A DNA stretch of 64,000 bases from Candidatus Cloacimonadales bacterium (GCA_963663475.2 CAXXJV010000001.1:640001-704000), one strand, 5' to 3'; counted from the stretch's first letter, positions 31,301 to 42,459 are shown. Translations and numbers: made by a program. The notes: generated by a model not told the origin, from the sequence alone.

Positions 31301-31429
31301 AGCAAATTCAAAAAAATAGTGAGTATATCTTGACATAGCTATTTTAGAGATTATTTTGGTTAAAAATGAAAAGTGAAACTTATCTTAGATAAATTATAGG
31401 TCATATAAAGGCAAAGTTCACTAAAATAT

Positions 31430-33115
31430 TTGGACAAAAAAGAAAAAAGAAAAGGGATTATGATAGCAGTATATATTGATGATAACAGTAATAGCAATTT
31501 AAACACTATGATCAACTACATAGTTGATTTTACCTTTGTTACTTTAGGTTATAGCCACAAGATCATATATTCTCTCAAGGGATTATCTGAGTTTGATGTC
31601 TTAATTTGGTATGATTCGAAGGGCATACAAAAGGAGCAAATTGTTAGTTTCGCTAAGAAAATACCAATTATTGTTGTTAGATATCATGAAAATCTCTATA
31701 TACCAAGTCAGTTAAAAGGCAATATTCTAGCATCAAAGATAAAAAAAATTAAGTTTTATAATGAAGTTATCCCAATAATACACAACAATCTCTTGACCAA
31801 TATAGTTGAAGAGGTTAAGCAAAGCGATATTGCCTTAACTATAATGAATTTTGATATCTTTGGTAACTTATATTATCATATTGCAGATTGTGAATTTAGG
31901 GCAAAAAAAGCTGATGATGGCATAATAGAACAGGGATCTATTTTCGATGAATTTTATCACCAGCCCATTGTAAATCATCTTTTAGCTTTTACTGAAAAGA
32001 TTATTATTAACTGCTGTCGTAAATTAGATTTTTTATTATTAAAAAAAGAGTATTGGCCACATGGAGAGGATTATGCAGTCATTTTCACCCACACAATAGA
32101 CAAGTTAGAAAAGTGGGGAAAGGGTGTGTTTAGTGAGTTTTTATTAGACTCTTTTCCTCTTCTATTAAAGGGTAAATTTAATGATGTTTTTAGAAATTTA
32201 TCTAGTGGAATCAAGTATTTCTTAACAGATGAAGAGCAGTACTGGAATTTTGAGAATTATTTAGATTTAGATGAGAAGTATGGAATAGTTTCCACCTGGT
32301 TTGTTTCTCTACTTGAAGATAATGGTTTTATCTACAATGTTGATGAAAACAAGATGATTAAAGAGTTGAACAGGATATTGAGTAAGGGTCATGAATTAGG
32401 TATTTTAGTAAATCCATATGAAATGGACCAGATAAAAATCAAGACAGCTTACAGTAAATTGACCAAGATAACCCAGACTGACCAGGTTGGAATCAGGGTA
32501 ACAGGCAGGCCACTTCATGACAATATTTCCTTAGCTATCCATAGGAATAATCTTTTATATGATTCTTCAATAATATCGCCCAAAATAAATCTCTTTAAAA
32601 ATGGTAACATCTTACCGCATCATAAATTAATAGATGGCATAAGAACTTTCTCCTTAGAGATTCCTATCACTTTTAGCGATGAAATTCTTAAATCTTCCAA
32701 GTATTCCTATCAATCCTATGAATCAGCTAAACACAAGATGGATGAATTAATTCAAAAGATTCATACGAGTGGAGGCTTAATATGTTTTGATTTCACTATA
32801 GCTAACTTTAAAGATATTAGTTATCTAGAGAAATTATACACTTACACCTTAGATTCCATTAAAGAGACTAATTACTATAATAATTCTTGTAAGAATATCT
32901 CTCTTTGGTGGAAGGCCAGAAAAAATGTCATCATAACTAATGTTGAATGGGGTGCAAACATCCTCTTCCTTGATGATTTTTCCTTCTTTACCTTTAGGCT
33001 ACATTCTAAGAAGAAGGTAAAAGAGGTCACAATGGTTGATTATCAGATTGAAGATGATATTATTACCATGTCCAATATTAAGGCTAATACTGCTGTTAAT
33101 CTTGTAATGGAGTAA
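31430..33115 (+). CDS. Polysaccharide deacetylase-like protein with degenerate metal motif (start may be ATG 31460)
   Basis: FDIFG..YY, WP.G..YAVIFTHTID (canonical THDVD), STWF, GHELGI, YDSS, EIP.TF.D. Confidence 0.6.
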   Translation: MDKKEKRKGIMIAVYIDDNSNSNLNTMINYIVDFTFVTLGYSHKIIYSLKGLSEFDVLIWYDSKGIQKEQIVSFAKKIPIIVVRYHENLYIPSQLKGNILASKIKKIKFYNEVIPIIHNNLLTNIVEEVKQSDIALTIMNFDIFGNLYYHIADCEFRAKKADDGIIEQGSIFDEFYHQPIVNHLLAFTEKIIINCCRKLDFLLLKKEYWPHGEDYAVIFTHTIDKLEKWGKGVFSEFLLDSFPLLLKGKFNDVFRNLSSGIKYFLTDEEQYWNFENYLDLDEKYGIVSTWFVSLLEDNGFIYNVDENKMIKELNRILSKGHELGILVNPYEMDQIKIKTAYSKLTKITQTDQVGIRVTGRPLHDNISLAIHRNNLLYDSSIISPKINLFKNGNILPHHKLIDGIRTFSLEIPITFSDEILKSSKYSYQSYESAKHKMDELIQKIHTSGGLICFDFTIANFKDISYLEKLYTYTLDSIKETNYYNNSCKNISLWWKARKNVIITNVEWGANILFLDDFSFFTFRLHSKKKVKEVTMVDYQIEDDIITMSNIKANTAVNLVME

Positions 33116-33118
33116 ATT

Positions 33119-35521
33119 TTGAAGAGAATATTAATTGTAACGATTAGTCATAAAGCCAAAGATGTAAGACTATACCATAAGTTAGGCAAAAGTCTTAGTG
33201 AAAGATATCAAGTAAGCATCCTGCACAACCAGTCTCAAACAGGCGATTATGACGATGATATAAAACTTATAGGGTTAAATAATTTAAGTAAGACACAATT
33301 TTTAATTCAAGCTGCAGTTCAAATAGCCTTACTTACGCCTGATGTAGCTATCCTAGTTGAACCAATCCTACTTACCCTGGTTAACCCTATAGCCAAGACA
33401 AAATATGTCTATGATTGCCATGAATTTTTTACCCTAGCCCAAAAAGAAAAGTCTTTAAAGAAAAGTAAACAATTTCTAGATACTTTTCTTCACCAAAGCA
33501 TAGAAAGAAGATTTATTCCTAAACTTAGTGCCTGTATTACTGTTAATGACATTCTTACTCAAAAGTATCAAGCTATGGGAACCAATACTATTACCATAGC
33601 TAACTATCCTCAAATGCATAAGCAAGAGCAAGCAAAAGACTTAGAAATTAAGTATGATTTTGTTTATGCAGGAGGTTTATCACCCATACGGGGGATTAAA
33701 GAGATAATTCAAGCTACCTATCTAGTAAAGCAGATTTTACCTGAAATAAAGGTTTTGCTAGTAGGCAAGGAACAAATTTCTGCTTTCAGGCAGGAATGCC
33801 TTGATTTTATTGAAGAATTGAATTTGAAAAATAATATTAGTCTGTTGGAAGCTATCCCATATGAAGAAGTTTATGACAAGTATTATCAAGCTAGATGTGG
33901 TATTTGTCTGCTTTCACCTAGTATTGCTCGCTACAAATATGCCCTTCCTATCAAGCTTTTAGAGTACCTAGATGCTGGCTTACTCGTAATTACCAATGAT
34001 TTTCCAATGACCAAACAGATTTCTCAAAGCTCTGAAGGAATCCTAACAGCTAAGTTTAATGCAGAAGATCTAGCTAATAAGATGCTTAAGATTTCAACTA
34101 TGAGCCAGGAAGAAATTGCTAAACATCAATCTATTGCTAGCAAGTTGATTAAAGAAAAATACAATTGGCAGCTACTTGCACCCAAGTTACTCAAATTCTT
34201 TGACCACTTAACTTCACCAGTTAAAAAAGCTCTTTTGGTATCTTACTTCTTCCCACCCTTGGGAGGAGCAGGAGTGCAAAGACCACTCAAACTAACCAAG
34301 TATGCTAATGAGTCTAATTGGGATTTGCTAGTTCTAACTATTCAAGATATTGTCTTCCATTCTTATGACCAGTCCCTTTTACAGGAAATTGAATCTGAAG
34401 TTGTTAGAGCTAACTCTTGGGATATCATGTCTTTATTACAAAAAATAAAAGTTTTCCAAACTCTTAAGCTGGGAGATAAGGTAGATAAAGCATATTTTGA
34501 AACTGAAGATTTTAAGAAGAAATTAGTCAAATCACTCTTTTTTATGGATGAGAAGATAGGCTGGTTTATACCTGCTGTTTTAAAAGGACTTCAACAGGTA
34601 GTTAAGCATGATTTTTCTGCTGTAATTGTAACTATCTATCCACCTTCTTCCCTCCTAATTGCCTTCACTATAGCTAAAATAACTAACCTACCCCTCTTTA
34701 TAGATTATCGGGACCACTGGACTTTAAGTTCTTATTTTGACTTCTCAAGTCAGACCTCAAGACAAGCCTATCATGGTCTAGAAAAGTTCTTTCTAAATCA
34801 GGCAAGAGGCATTATCACAATTGGCCAAGTAATGAAAGAAGAACTAGCTCAATCTTTCAAGATTTCTTTAGATAAAATAGCAGTCTCTTATAATGGCTAT
34901 GATGATGAAGATTTTGACCAAGCAAGCCCTAGGTTAAGTCTAGCTAGCAATGATTGCCTAAAAGCCAAGAAAAAGATAAATATTGGCTATATTGGAAATA
35001 TGTACAAGCATAGAACTTCTAAATACTTTCTGCAAGCCCTGCAAAGTCTAATTGCAGAAGCTAAACTAGATATAAATGAAATCCAACTTAACTTTATGGG
35101 CAACTATTATCATGAAGAACAAGAAGTATTTAAAAATTCGGGTCTGGAAAACATCATCCATATCACCCCGCAACAAGACCATAAAAGAGCTATTAAAACT
35201 ATGCAAAAACAGGATATACTCCTCCTTTTAATAGCTACTAAAAGTGGAAAAAATGTGCTTACAGGTAAAATCTTTGAATATTTAAAGAGTAAGAAAGCAA
35301 TTTTAGCTTTAGTACCCCAAGGAGGAGAAGCTCAAGACATCTTAACAAAGCTAGGAAACCCTTGGATTGCTCCGTTAGAAGATATTGAACAAATAAAAAC
35401 ACAAATTCTGAAAATTATAGATTTTGTTAAAGATGGGGGAGAAGTTGATTATGATATTTCCCAATACAGTAGAAGACAGCAAGTGAAAAATTTCTTTGCT
35501 TTCATAGAGGAAAAAATCTAA
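33119..35521 (+). CDS. Fusion of two GT4 (GT-B) glycosyltransferases
   Basis: First half YDCHEF, PIKLLEYL.AG; second half YFFPP.GGAGVQR, DYRDHW, GKIFEYL. Confidence 0.85.
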   Translation: MKRILIVTISHKAKDVRLYHKLGKSLSERYQVSILHNQSQTGDYDDDIKLIGLNNLSKTQFLIQAAVQIALLTPDVAILVEPILLTLVNPIAKTKYVYDCHEFFTLAQKEKSLKKSKQFLDTFLHQSIERRFIPKLSACITVNDILTQKYQAMGTNTITIANYPQMHKQEQAKDLEIKYDFVYAGGLSPIRGIKEIIQATYLVKQILPEIKVLLVGKEQISAFRQECLDFIEELNLKNNISLLEAIPYEEVYDKYYQARCGICLLSPSIARYKYALPIKLLEYLDAGLLVITNDFPMTKQISQSSEGILTAKFNAEDLANKMLKISTMSQEEIAKHQSIASKLIKEKYNWQLLAPKLLKFFDHLTSPVKKALLVSYFFPPLGGAGVQRPLKLTKYANESNWDLLVLTIQDIVFHSYDQSLLQEIESEVVRANSWDIMSLLQKIKVFQTLKLGDKVDKAYFETEDFKKKLVKSLFFMDEKIGWFIPAVLKGLQQVVKHDFSAVIVTIYPPSSLLIAFTIAKITNLPLFIDYRDHWTLSSYFDFSSQTSRQAYHGLEKFFLNQARGIITIGQVMKEELAQSFKISLDKIAVSYNGYDDEDFDQASPRLSLASNDCLKAKKKINIGYIGNMYKHRTSKYFLQALQSLIAEAKLDINEIQLNFMGNYYHEEQEVFKNSGLENIIHITPQQDHKRAIKTMQKQDILLLLIATKSGKNVLTGKIFEYLKSKKAILALVPQGGEAQDILTKLGNPWIAPLEDIEQIKTQILKIIDFVKDGGEVDYDISQYSRRQQVKNFFAFIEEKI

Positions 35522-35522
35522 A

Positions 35523-36626
35523 ATGGCAGTAGTTCTTCACCTAGGTCTCTTGCCTATCCTATCAGGCGTACAGAATGTCATGCTGCAAATCTTAGATGCT
35601 ATTGCCAGTGATGGCTATGAGATTAAAGTTGCTGGTGCTCCTGATGGTCCACTCATAGGTCAAGTTGAGCAAAGAGGTTGGAAATACTTGACTCTACCTT
35701 CCTTAGTCAGAGAGATTAATCCTAAAAAAGACTTACAAGCTATGAGACAACTAGCAAAAATTATAAAAGAGGAAAAGGTAGATATTCTTCACACTCATTC
35801 TTCTAAAACAGGTCTCATAGGCAGACTTATAGGTAGAAAGTGTAAAGTAGCTAAAATTCTCCATACTGTTCATGGCTATCCTTTCCATAAATACCAAAAT
35901 CCTCTACTCTACTCCTTCTACCACAAGGCCGAATGGTTAGCAGGTCATTTCTGTGACTATCTAATTTCAGTTAATAAAGAAGATGCCCAACTAGCCCACA
36001 CTAGCTTAAAAATTCCTAAACATAAAATCAAATATATTCCCAACGGAGCCCTAGCTAAAGAGCAAAGAGAAATTCTGCAAAAACCTGAAATAGTTATTGG
36101 AAGTCTTTCTCGCTTTTGGAAACAAAAAAACATGATTAATAGCGTTAAAATAGCAATCAAGGCCTGTCAGCATAGACAAGACCTTAAATTCATCTTTGTG
36201 GGGGATGGACAAGATTTAGCCTATTGTCAGAATTTAGTAGCCCAAGCCCAGCTTACAGATAAAATCATCCTACCTGGTTGGTCAGACGACAAGGAAAAGT
36301 GGTTAAGCTTATTTGATATATTTTTTCTCTACTCTCTCTGGGAAGGTCTCCCCCTATCTATCTTAGAAGCAATGTCTTATGGACTACCAATTATAGCTTC
36401 TGATATTAAGGGCAACAGGGAGTTAGTTGATGAATCTAATGGTTTCTTAGTAAATCCTGATGATAATTCCCACCTTCTTAACCTACTACTTCAACTTCCA
36501 AAACTTAGACATGATTTACAAGAAAAAGGGCTCTCTAGTTATAATAAAGTTGTCAATGACTACTCATTAGATTACTTTAATACTAGATATAGAAACTTAT
36601 ATCAAGAAATTAATAGAGAATTATAA
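35523..36626 (+). CDS. GT4 glycosyltransferase
   Basis: HTHSSK.G, HTVHG, EGLPLSILEAM..G.PIIASD. Confidence 0.92.
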   Translation: MAVVLHLGLLPILSGVQNVMLQILDAIASDGYEIKVAGAPDGPLIGQVEQRGWKYLTLPSLVREINPKKDLQAMRQLAKIIKEEKVDILHTHSSKTGLIGRLIGRKCKVAKILHTVHGYPFHKYQNPLLYSFYHKAEWLAGHFCDYLISVNKEDAQLAHTSLKIPKHKIKYIPNGALAKEQREILQKPEIVIGSLSRFWKQKNMINSVKIAIKACQHRQDLKFIFVGDGQDLAYCQNLVAQAQLTDKIILPGWSDDKEKWLSLFDIFFLYSLWEGLPLSILEAMSYGLPIIASDIKGNRELVDESNGFLVNPDDNSHLLNLLLQLPKLRHDLQEKGLSSYNKVVNDYSLDYFNTRYRNLYQEINREL

Positions 36627-36627
36627 T

Positions 36628-37746
36628 ATGCTAGAAAATTTATTACTTACTAACCCCTTAAATGTTGAATCAAGTATCAATAGCTCTGCTTTTATCCAAA
36701 GCCATTGGAAATACTTCTTGGCTGGAATAGTAGTCTTTGTTATGACCTACCTCCTCATACCCTTTAATATCAAGCTTGCTAAAAAGAAGGGCTGGTTAGA
36801 CTACCCTAATGAAAGGTCTGCTCATCCTAAACCTATTCCTATTAGTGGAGGCTTAGCCTTCGGACTAGTCATCTGCTTTGCTCAGGTAGCTTTTGGTCTG
36901 CTGTTCTGGGATACTAAATCTTCTCTAATGATTTATGGTTTAGCTATGATAAATATCCTAATCCTAACAGTTGGCTTGGTTGATGACCTATTAAAACTTA
37001 AAGCTAGAGATAAACTCCTTCTCCAACTTCTTATCTCATCACTTCTCTATATTGTAGGCTTTAGAATAGAAATTCTAACTAATCCCTTTGGTCCTGACCT
37101 CTATCTGCAATACCTAAGTTTTCCTTTTACTATTTTTTGGTTTTTAGCTATATCTAATGCTATCAACTTAATTGATGGTTTAGATGGACTTGCTGCTGGG
37201 ATTACCTTAATAAGCGGACTAGTCCTTTGTCTTGTAGGCCTAATATCCTATAATCCCATAGTCTTCTACCTAGCCATAATCTTAGTTGCTGGCAACTTAG
37301 CCTTCCTAAAGTATAATTTTTATCCAGCAAAAATATTCATGGGTGATGCAGGCTCCCTCTTTAATGGCTTCAATTTAGCAGTCTTATCAGTTACAGGAAT
37401 CTCTCAATTTAAGGGTGTTACAGCTATGACCATTGCTCTACCAGTTGTTGTAATGATGTTCCCTATAATGGACACTATTATGGCTATGATAAGGAGAATC
37501 AGGAAGAAGCAGAGTATTTTTCTTGCAGACAAAGAACATATCCATCACCGCTTGTTAAAACTTGGTATCTCTCAAAAAGGAATATGCTATATTGCCTACT
37601 TCTTAACCTCCCTTTTCGGACTCTTGGCAATTGGTTTCTATTTCTCAACAAAACAGATTTTTTTAATAGCTTTGACTATCTTAATAGTCTTATGTTTTAT
37701 CTTCGCCTGGCTGTTACTACAGTCGATTTTTAAAGATTCAAAGTAG
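36628..37746 (+). CDS. WecA/TagO-like undecaprenyl-phosphate N-acetylhexosamine-1-phosphate transferase
   Basis: GLVDD, NAINLIDGLDGL, IFMGDAGS, D..HIHHRL. Confidence 0.92.
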   Translation: MLENLLLTNPLNVESSINSSAFIQSHWKYFLAGIVVFVMTYLLIPFNIKLAKKKGWLDYPNERSAHPKPIPISGGLAFGLVICFAQVAFGLLFWDTKSSLMIYGLAMINILILTVGLVDDLLKLKARDKLLLQLLISSLLYIVGFRIEILTNPFGPDLYLQYLSFPFTIFWFLAISNAINLIDGLDGLAAGITLISGLVLCLVGLISYNPIVFYLAIILVAGNLAFLKYNFYPAKIFMGDAGSLFNGFNLAVLSVTGISQFKGVTAMTIALPVVVMMFPIMDTIMAMIRRIRKKQSIFLADKEHIHHRLLKLGISQKGICYIAYFLTSLFGLLAIGFYFSTKQIFLIALTILIVLCFIFAWLLLQSIFKDSK

Positions 37747-37755
37747 GAGTTGTAA

Positions 37756-40290
37756 ATGAAAAAGATTAACCTAATCTTAGTTATCTCTATGTGGGCACTT
37801 GTAATTTTTTCTTTTGAAAGATGGGAAGTTTATACCAATACTTCTCATATTTATCAAACTTTATCAAATAATTCTCAAATAATTTCAGTATCCTGGGGAG
37901 GAATTGAAGACTATGCTTTAGATCTGCAAGCAGACCAACCCCTTGTGGAACTTACCAATAAATATACTACAATTAATGGTTTATCCAGCAATGAAATATC
38001 TTCAATCTATAAAAAGGACGATAAGCTATGGGCAGGATCCTACAACGATGGTATCTCTATTGTTCAAGCTGGACAAGTCTATCTAATCAATGCCGATAAT
38101 GGACTTATCTCCAACAAGGTAAAAACTATTAAAGCAATTGAAGACCTAGTTTATGTGGTTACTGAAGGTGGTTTTTCTACCTTCTATGACCTTGAACAAA
38201 TATCCTTCCCCCTACTCTCTCGTAAGTATTCTCCTACTTCTACTTCGGGAGCATTGATCTCTGATACCATTAATGATATTATCCTCTTCCAAGACTATGT
38301 TTTTCTAGCTACAGATGCTGGACTTATCTACTTCCCTGTGACCTCCCTTGATAATTTTGATCAATGGACCAGCTTGACTAGTCAAAACTCACAACTAGCA
38401 GACAATAAAATTATCAAACTTGCAGCCAAAAATAATAAATTAGCTATAGCAAGTGATAATAATATTCAGATTATTTCTGATTTTTTCACAGACCAATCTT
38501 GGCATAATTACTCATTTTTAGGACCTAATAAAGCTACAAAAGATGATGATACTTTTATCCAAACTATTGCCTTTGATGAATTAGGTCAACTTCTCTTCTC
38601 CACTGGCATCTGGGAAGAAACAACCACAACTATGTCTGACCTCTCTACTGATATTCTGCAAGTTATTACCCTGGAAGGCAATATTCAACCTTTCCTTACT
38701 ACTTCAACTCCACTTATAAAATTAAATTCACCTTCAGACCAAACTTCCACCCTGAAAGAAGTTGGTATTAAGTCTATCGAAAGCTCCAAAGATAAGCTAA
38801 TTCTTTCTAGCTGGGGAGCAGGCTTGCTAATTCACCATAATAATGCCTGGTATCAACTTGAACCAAATGGAATCGGATTTAATGCTATTAATCACCTAAC
38901 TGTTGATAAGAACAATAAACTCTGGGCTTCCTGTGGCTACTACGGAACAGCAGCCTTACGTAAAGGTGCTCGCGGTGTTAGCTCTTTTGATGGAGAAAAT
39001 TGGCAAACTTTAAATATGAAAAATTCACCTCTCCAAAGTGATAATATCAATGCTATTACAGTAGGCAATGATAATAAAAAATGGTTCGGGTCTTGGTATA
39101 GTGGAGAGAATCACCCCCAAGGTTGGAAGGGGGGAGTTACCTCTTACGATGAAGAAACAAATCAATGGAAATGGTACTATGTCAATGGAGTTTATAGCTA
39201 TAACCCAGAAAGTCAATCCTTCTCTGATTTGCAAGCAGACATTCCTGGAATCCCTTCCCAAACTATCTCCTTCCTCAATACTGATAAAAGAGGCAATATT
39301 ATGATGTCTCTCCAAAGCTATGGCCTAGCCTTCTACTCTCCTGAAGGAAATCAAAGATTAGCAATTTCCCCACTTTATGGATCACAAAATAACTTTATTA
39401 GAAGATCCTTTCATAATGAATATGGTTACTTCTTCAGTAAATCAGCTGCAGCTTCAGGTGAATCAGCAGGACTTGTTCACTGGGATTCTCAAGACTTACC
39501 TAGTGAGGGAGATATTTCCAACTGGACTAGTATTCCTGTTGCTGATATAAGAAATTCTGCTATAAATGATATTATTGAAGTAGCAAGCCCTTATGGTAAT
39601 CAAATCTGGATTGCTGGAACGAATGGCTTATTCATGTATGATGGAGACTACTGGTACCGCTATGGTATCGATATCAAACGAGAAAGATGGACAGGTAGCT
39701 GGCAAATTGATACCCGCTATATTGTTGGTGAGACTAAACTCTTTGCAGCTAAAGATACTTACCCTACATCTTTGGCTATAGATGACTTCGGTTGCCTCTG
39801 GATAGGTTCTGAAGAAGCAGGTTTAACTAAATATGATACCAATACTGAAGAGTATTTTGTTTATGATAAAGATTCCTACCCCCTTATAAGTAATCAGATT
39901 AGAGCTTTAGCTTATGAAGCTAGGTCTGGTAAACTCTTTATTGGTGCTGGAGAAGGACTCTGCTCAGTTACAGTTGGCTCTTCTGCTAACCCAGAAACAA
40001 ATTTTAATAAGCTGGTAGCAGTACCTAATCCTTTCTACCCTGAACGAGGTGACGTAGTTAGAATCTTTAATAGTCCCAACGATTTTATGCCAAAATCAGC
40101 CAAAATATGTAAGATATTTGATAAATCAGGCCAGCTTGTCTATGACCTTCCCATTAATAAATACCAGTCTTTTAGCTGGGATGGAAATAATAAAAACGGT
40201 AAGAAATGTAGCTCTGGTATCTACTTTTTTACTGTCTCCAATGATAAAGGAGAAACTATAAGAGGCAAAATTGCCCTTATTAGAGATTGA
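37756..40290 (+). CDS. PorZ-like beta-propeller protein with C-terminal sorting domain
   Basis: Repeated N(S/G)L..N.I..I..D propeller blades; W-rich; C-terminal PNPF...WDG.N..G....SGIY...GKIALIR. Confidence 0.7.
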   Translation: MKKINLILVISMWALVIFSFERWEVYTNTSHIYQTLSNNSQIISVSWGGIEDYALDLQADQPLVELTNKYTTINGLSSNEISSIYKKDDKLWAGSYNDGISIVQAGQVYLINADNGLISNKVKTIKAIEDLVYVVTEGGFSTFYDLEQISFPLLSRKYSPTSTSGALISDTINDIILFQDYVFLATDAGLIYFPVTSLDNFDQWTSLTSQNSQLADNKIIKLAAKNNKLAIASDNNIQIISDFFTDQSWHNYSFLGPNKATKDDDTFIQTIAFDELGQLLFSTGIWEETTTTMSDLSTDILQVITLEGNIQPFLTTSTPLIKLNSPSDQTSTLKEVGIKSIESSKDKLILSSWGAGLLIHHNNAWYQLEPNGIGFNAINHLTVDKNNKLWASCGYYGTAALRKGARGVSSFDGENWQTLNMKNSPLQSDNINAITVGNDNKKWFGSWYSGENHPQGWKGGVTSYDEETNQWKWYYVNGVYSYNPESQSFSDLQADIPGIPSQTISFLNTDKRGNIMMSLQSYGLAFYSPEGNQRLAISPLYGSQNNFIRRSFHNEYGYFFSKSAAASGESAGLVHWDSQDLPSEGDISNWTSIPVADIRNSAINDIIEVASPYGNQIWIAGTNGLFMYDGDYWYRYGIDIKRERWTGSWQIDTRYIVGETKLFAAKDTYPTSLAIDDFGCLWIGSEEAGLTKYDTNTEEYFVYDKDSYPLISNQIRALAYEARSGKLFIGAGEGLCSVTVGSSANPETNFNKLVAVPNPFYPERGDVVRIFNSPNDFMPKSAKICKIFDKSGQLVYDLPINKYQSFSWDGNNKNGKKCSSGIYFFTVSNDKGETIRGKIALIRD

Positions 40291-40705
40291 TATGGATTCT
40301 GTGGCGGACAAGCTGTCCAGACTGCGTAAAAAGAAATAGCCAGTGAAAACACTGAAAACACTGAAAACACCGAAAAGGGAAGATTCTTTACTCGAATTAA
40401 CTCGAATTAAGACGAATTTCACGAATAAGAGGATTTTCGCCTTTCGGCTCAAAGACGGGGTGATGGAGTGATAGAGAGATGGAGTGATAGAGAGATAGAG
40501 TGATAGAGTGATAGAGAGATGGAGAGAAAGAAGATTCTAACTGTGTTCGGGACTTACTACTGGGAACGCGGGACTAACTGGGAACGCGGGACTAACTGGG
40601 AACTCGGGCATCCCTGCCCGCAGTAGGCAGTTTCAAACTGCCTACAATCATACATTAGAAAGGCCGCATGGTAAAGAAGTCTATCCACTAATTACACTAA
40701 GATAT
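40290..40705. repeat. REP-like mosaic
   Basis: ACTCGAATTA arms, TTTTCGCCTTTCGGCTCAAA, GTGATAGAGAGATGGA tracts, ACTGGGAACGCGGG x3, GTAGGCAG/CTGCCTAC. Confidence 0.85.
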
Positions 40706-40817
40706 GGATTAAGTAGTAATGTTCGATTATATTATTTATAACAGAGTTTTTGTTTTTACACAGACTGTTCGCCGTTTGATATAACAAAAAAAAATTAATA
40801 AAAAAGAGGTAATAAGA

Positions 40818-41738
40818 ATGAAGAGATTCTTTTGTGTACTAGCTCTCATAATGATAATACTCCTTACCGCTTGTGGTAAGGATATAGAAAAGGAAGGACA
40901 GCAGACTAAGCAGTCCAAAATTAATGTCTTACTTCCCCAAACCCCATCTTCCCTCCCCTTATATTTTGCCTTAAAAGATAATCCAATTTTCCAGGTTGAA
41001 TTATTTCTTAACCATTCCCAAGCTAATGCTAAATTTTTAAATGGTCAGGCGAAGTTGCTGTTAACTGGTATATCGGTGGCTAATTCTTTTAGTCAGCAAG
41101 GAGTGGACTTTGACATCCTTAATTCTCAAGTAGATAATTTAACTCATTTGGTCGGACATGATTTAATTACAAATTTTAGTCAGATAAAAGGAAGAAAGAT
41201 AATTTTTCCTTTTGCAGATTCTCCCATGGAAGTTCTTTTCACTGAGATTGCTAAGCAGCATAACTTGGTGAAAAATCAGGACTATACTATTGAATATATG
41301 CCTTTTACCACATCTCTACAAGTCTTACAACAAGGTCAAGACCTACTTGTCTGGCTACCTGAACCCTTCGTTTCTTTAGCTGAAGATAAATTTAACCTTA
41401 AGGTTGGTCTTTCCTTAGATAAAGAGTTCCGAAGTCAGCTTGCTGATATCAATGCCTGCCAAGTCCTTCTTTTAGCTAGAGACTTAGATTTAAGGACTCA
41501 GGGAGCCATTCATTACCTTTCAAAAGTCTATATTGATAGTTTGAAAAAACAGCCAGAAAAGTTTATTAACCGACTTCCTCAAGATTTCCCTAACAGGCAA
41601 GCTTATAATCTAAGAACCCTGAAGAGAACTTCCTATAACTTTACCCATGGGGCAGACTTGAAAAGTACAACAGATTCTTTATTCAAACTTCTAAATAAGG
41701 AAAATAATCTTGCTGAGAGAATTTTGGAACTCAATTAA
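40818..41738 (+). CDS. ABC transporter substrate-binding lipoprotein (NitT/TauT-like)
   Basis: Lipobox LTAC; LPEPFVS motif; adjacent permease. Confidence 0.7.
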   Translation: MKRFFCVLALIMIILLTACGKDIEKEGQQTKQSKINVLLPQTPSSLPLYFALKDNPIFQVELFLNHSQANAKFLNGQAKLLLTGISVANSFSQQGVDFDILNSQVDNLTHLVGHDLITNFSQIKGRKIIFPFADSPMEVLFTEIAKQHNLVKNQDYTIEYMPFTTSLQVLQQGQDLLVWLPEPFVSLAEDKFNLKVGLSLDKEFRSQLADINACQVLLLARDLDLRTQGAIHYLSKVYIDSLKKQPEKFINRLPQDFPNRQAYNLRTLKRTSYNFTHGADLKSTTDSLFKLLNKENNLAERILELN

Positions 41739-42459
41739 GAAGAGTCTTCTAGGACTCTTAACTCTCCTGATAATCTGGTTTATTCTAGCTCTTATCTATG
41801 ATTCCTATGTTGTGCCTTCACCCTTCAAGGTAATTTCTGGATTGCCTAGTCTCTTTTCTGAAAAAGCTTTAGGCCATCATTATAATTTGACTTTATCCAG
41901 ACTTTTCCTAGGTTTTTTATTATCTTTTTTTATAGGTACCCTAATAGGAATTATTTCTTTTATTCTGAAAGTATATAACTACATAGAGAATCTTATGTCT
42001 TTACTGCAAGTTGTACCAGGAGTTATAGTTGCCTCCTTCTTTATCCTCTTTTATGGGACAGGATCTATTGTGCCTATTGGCATGATTTTTCTAATGATTA
42101 CCCCTATTGTGGCAACGAATACTGTTAATGGACTGCTAGATCATACCAAAGAGTTAGTCGAAGTAATAAACGTCTTTGGCGGTAATACCCTTGATATTAT
42201 TAAGCATGTTTATCTACCTAAATTGCTACCTGTCTTTAAAACTAACTTCTTAGTCTGCACTGCCCTCTCTCTAAAAATTATTATTTTAGGTGAATATGTG
42301 GGCTGTCAGGATGGACTTGGTTTTCTCTTTAATAATGCCAGGATTTTCTATAATATGAATGAAGTTTTTGCTTATCTTCTCTTAATTATCTTAACTGCTT
42401 TAGGATTTCAAATCTTTATACAAGCCATATTCTTATTTTACTGGAAAAAAATTAACTAA
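41710..42459 (+). CDS. ABC transporter permease (NitT/TauT-like)
   Basis: VPSPF.V, TLSRL..GF, EAA-like loop, GEY.G..DGLG. Confidence 0.8.
   Translation: MLREFWNSIKKSLLGLLTLLIIWFILALIYDSYVVPSPFKVISGLPSLFSEKALGHHYNLTLSRLFLGFLLSFFIGTLIGIISFILKVYNYIENLMSLLQVVPGVIVASFFILFYGTGSIVPIGMIFLMITPIVATNTVNGLLDHTKELVEVINVFGGNTLDIIKHVYLPKLLPVFKTNFLVCTALSLKIIILGEYVGCQDGLGFLFNNARIFYNMNEVFAYLLLIILTALGFQIFIQAIFLFYWKKIN

Noticed and set aside
30209-31311. Short ORFs with GRGIPARVYADNK repeats (also 29459, 50913, 53680, 54031, 54829)
   Set aside because: Translations of the 53/54-bp DNA repeat; frames shift between units and there is no RBS
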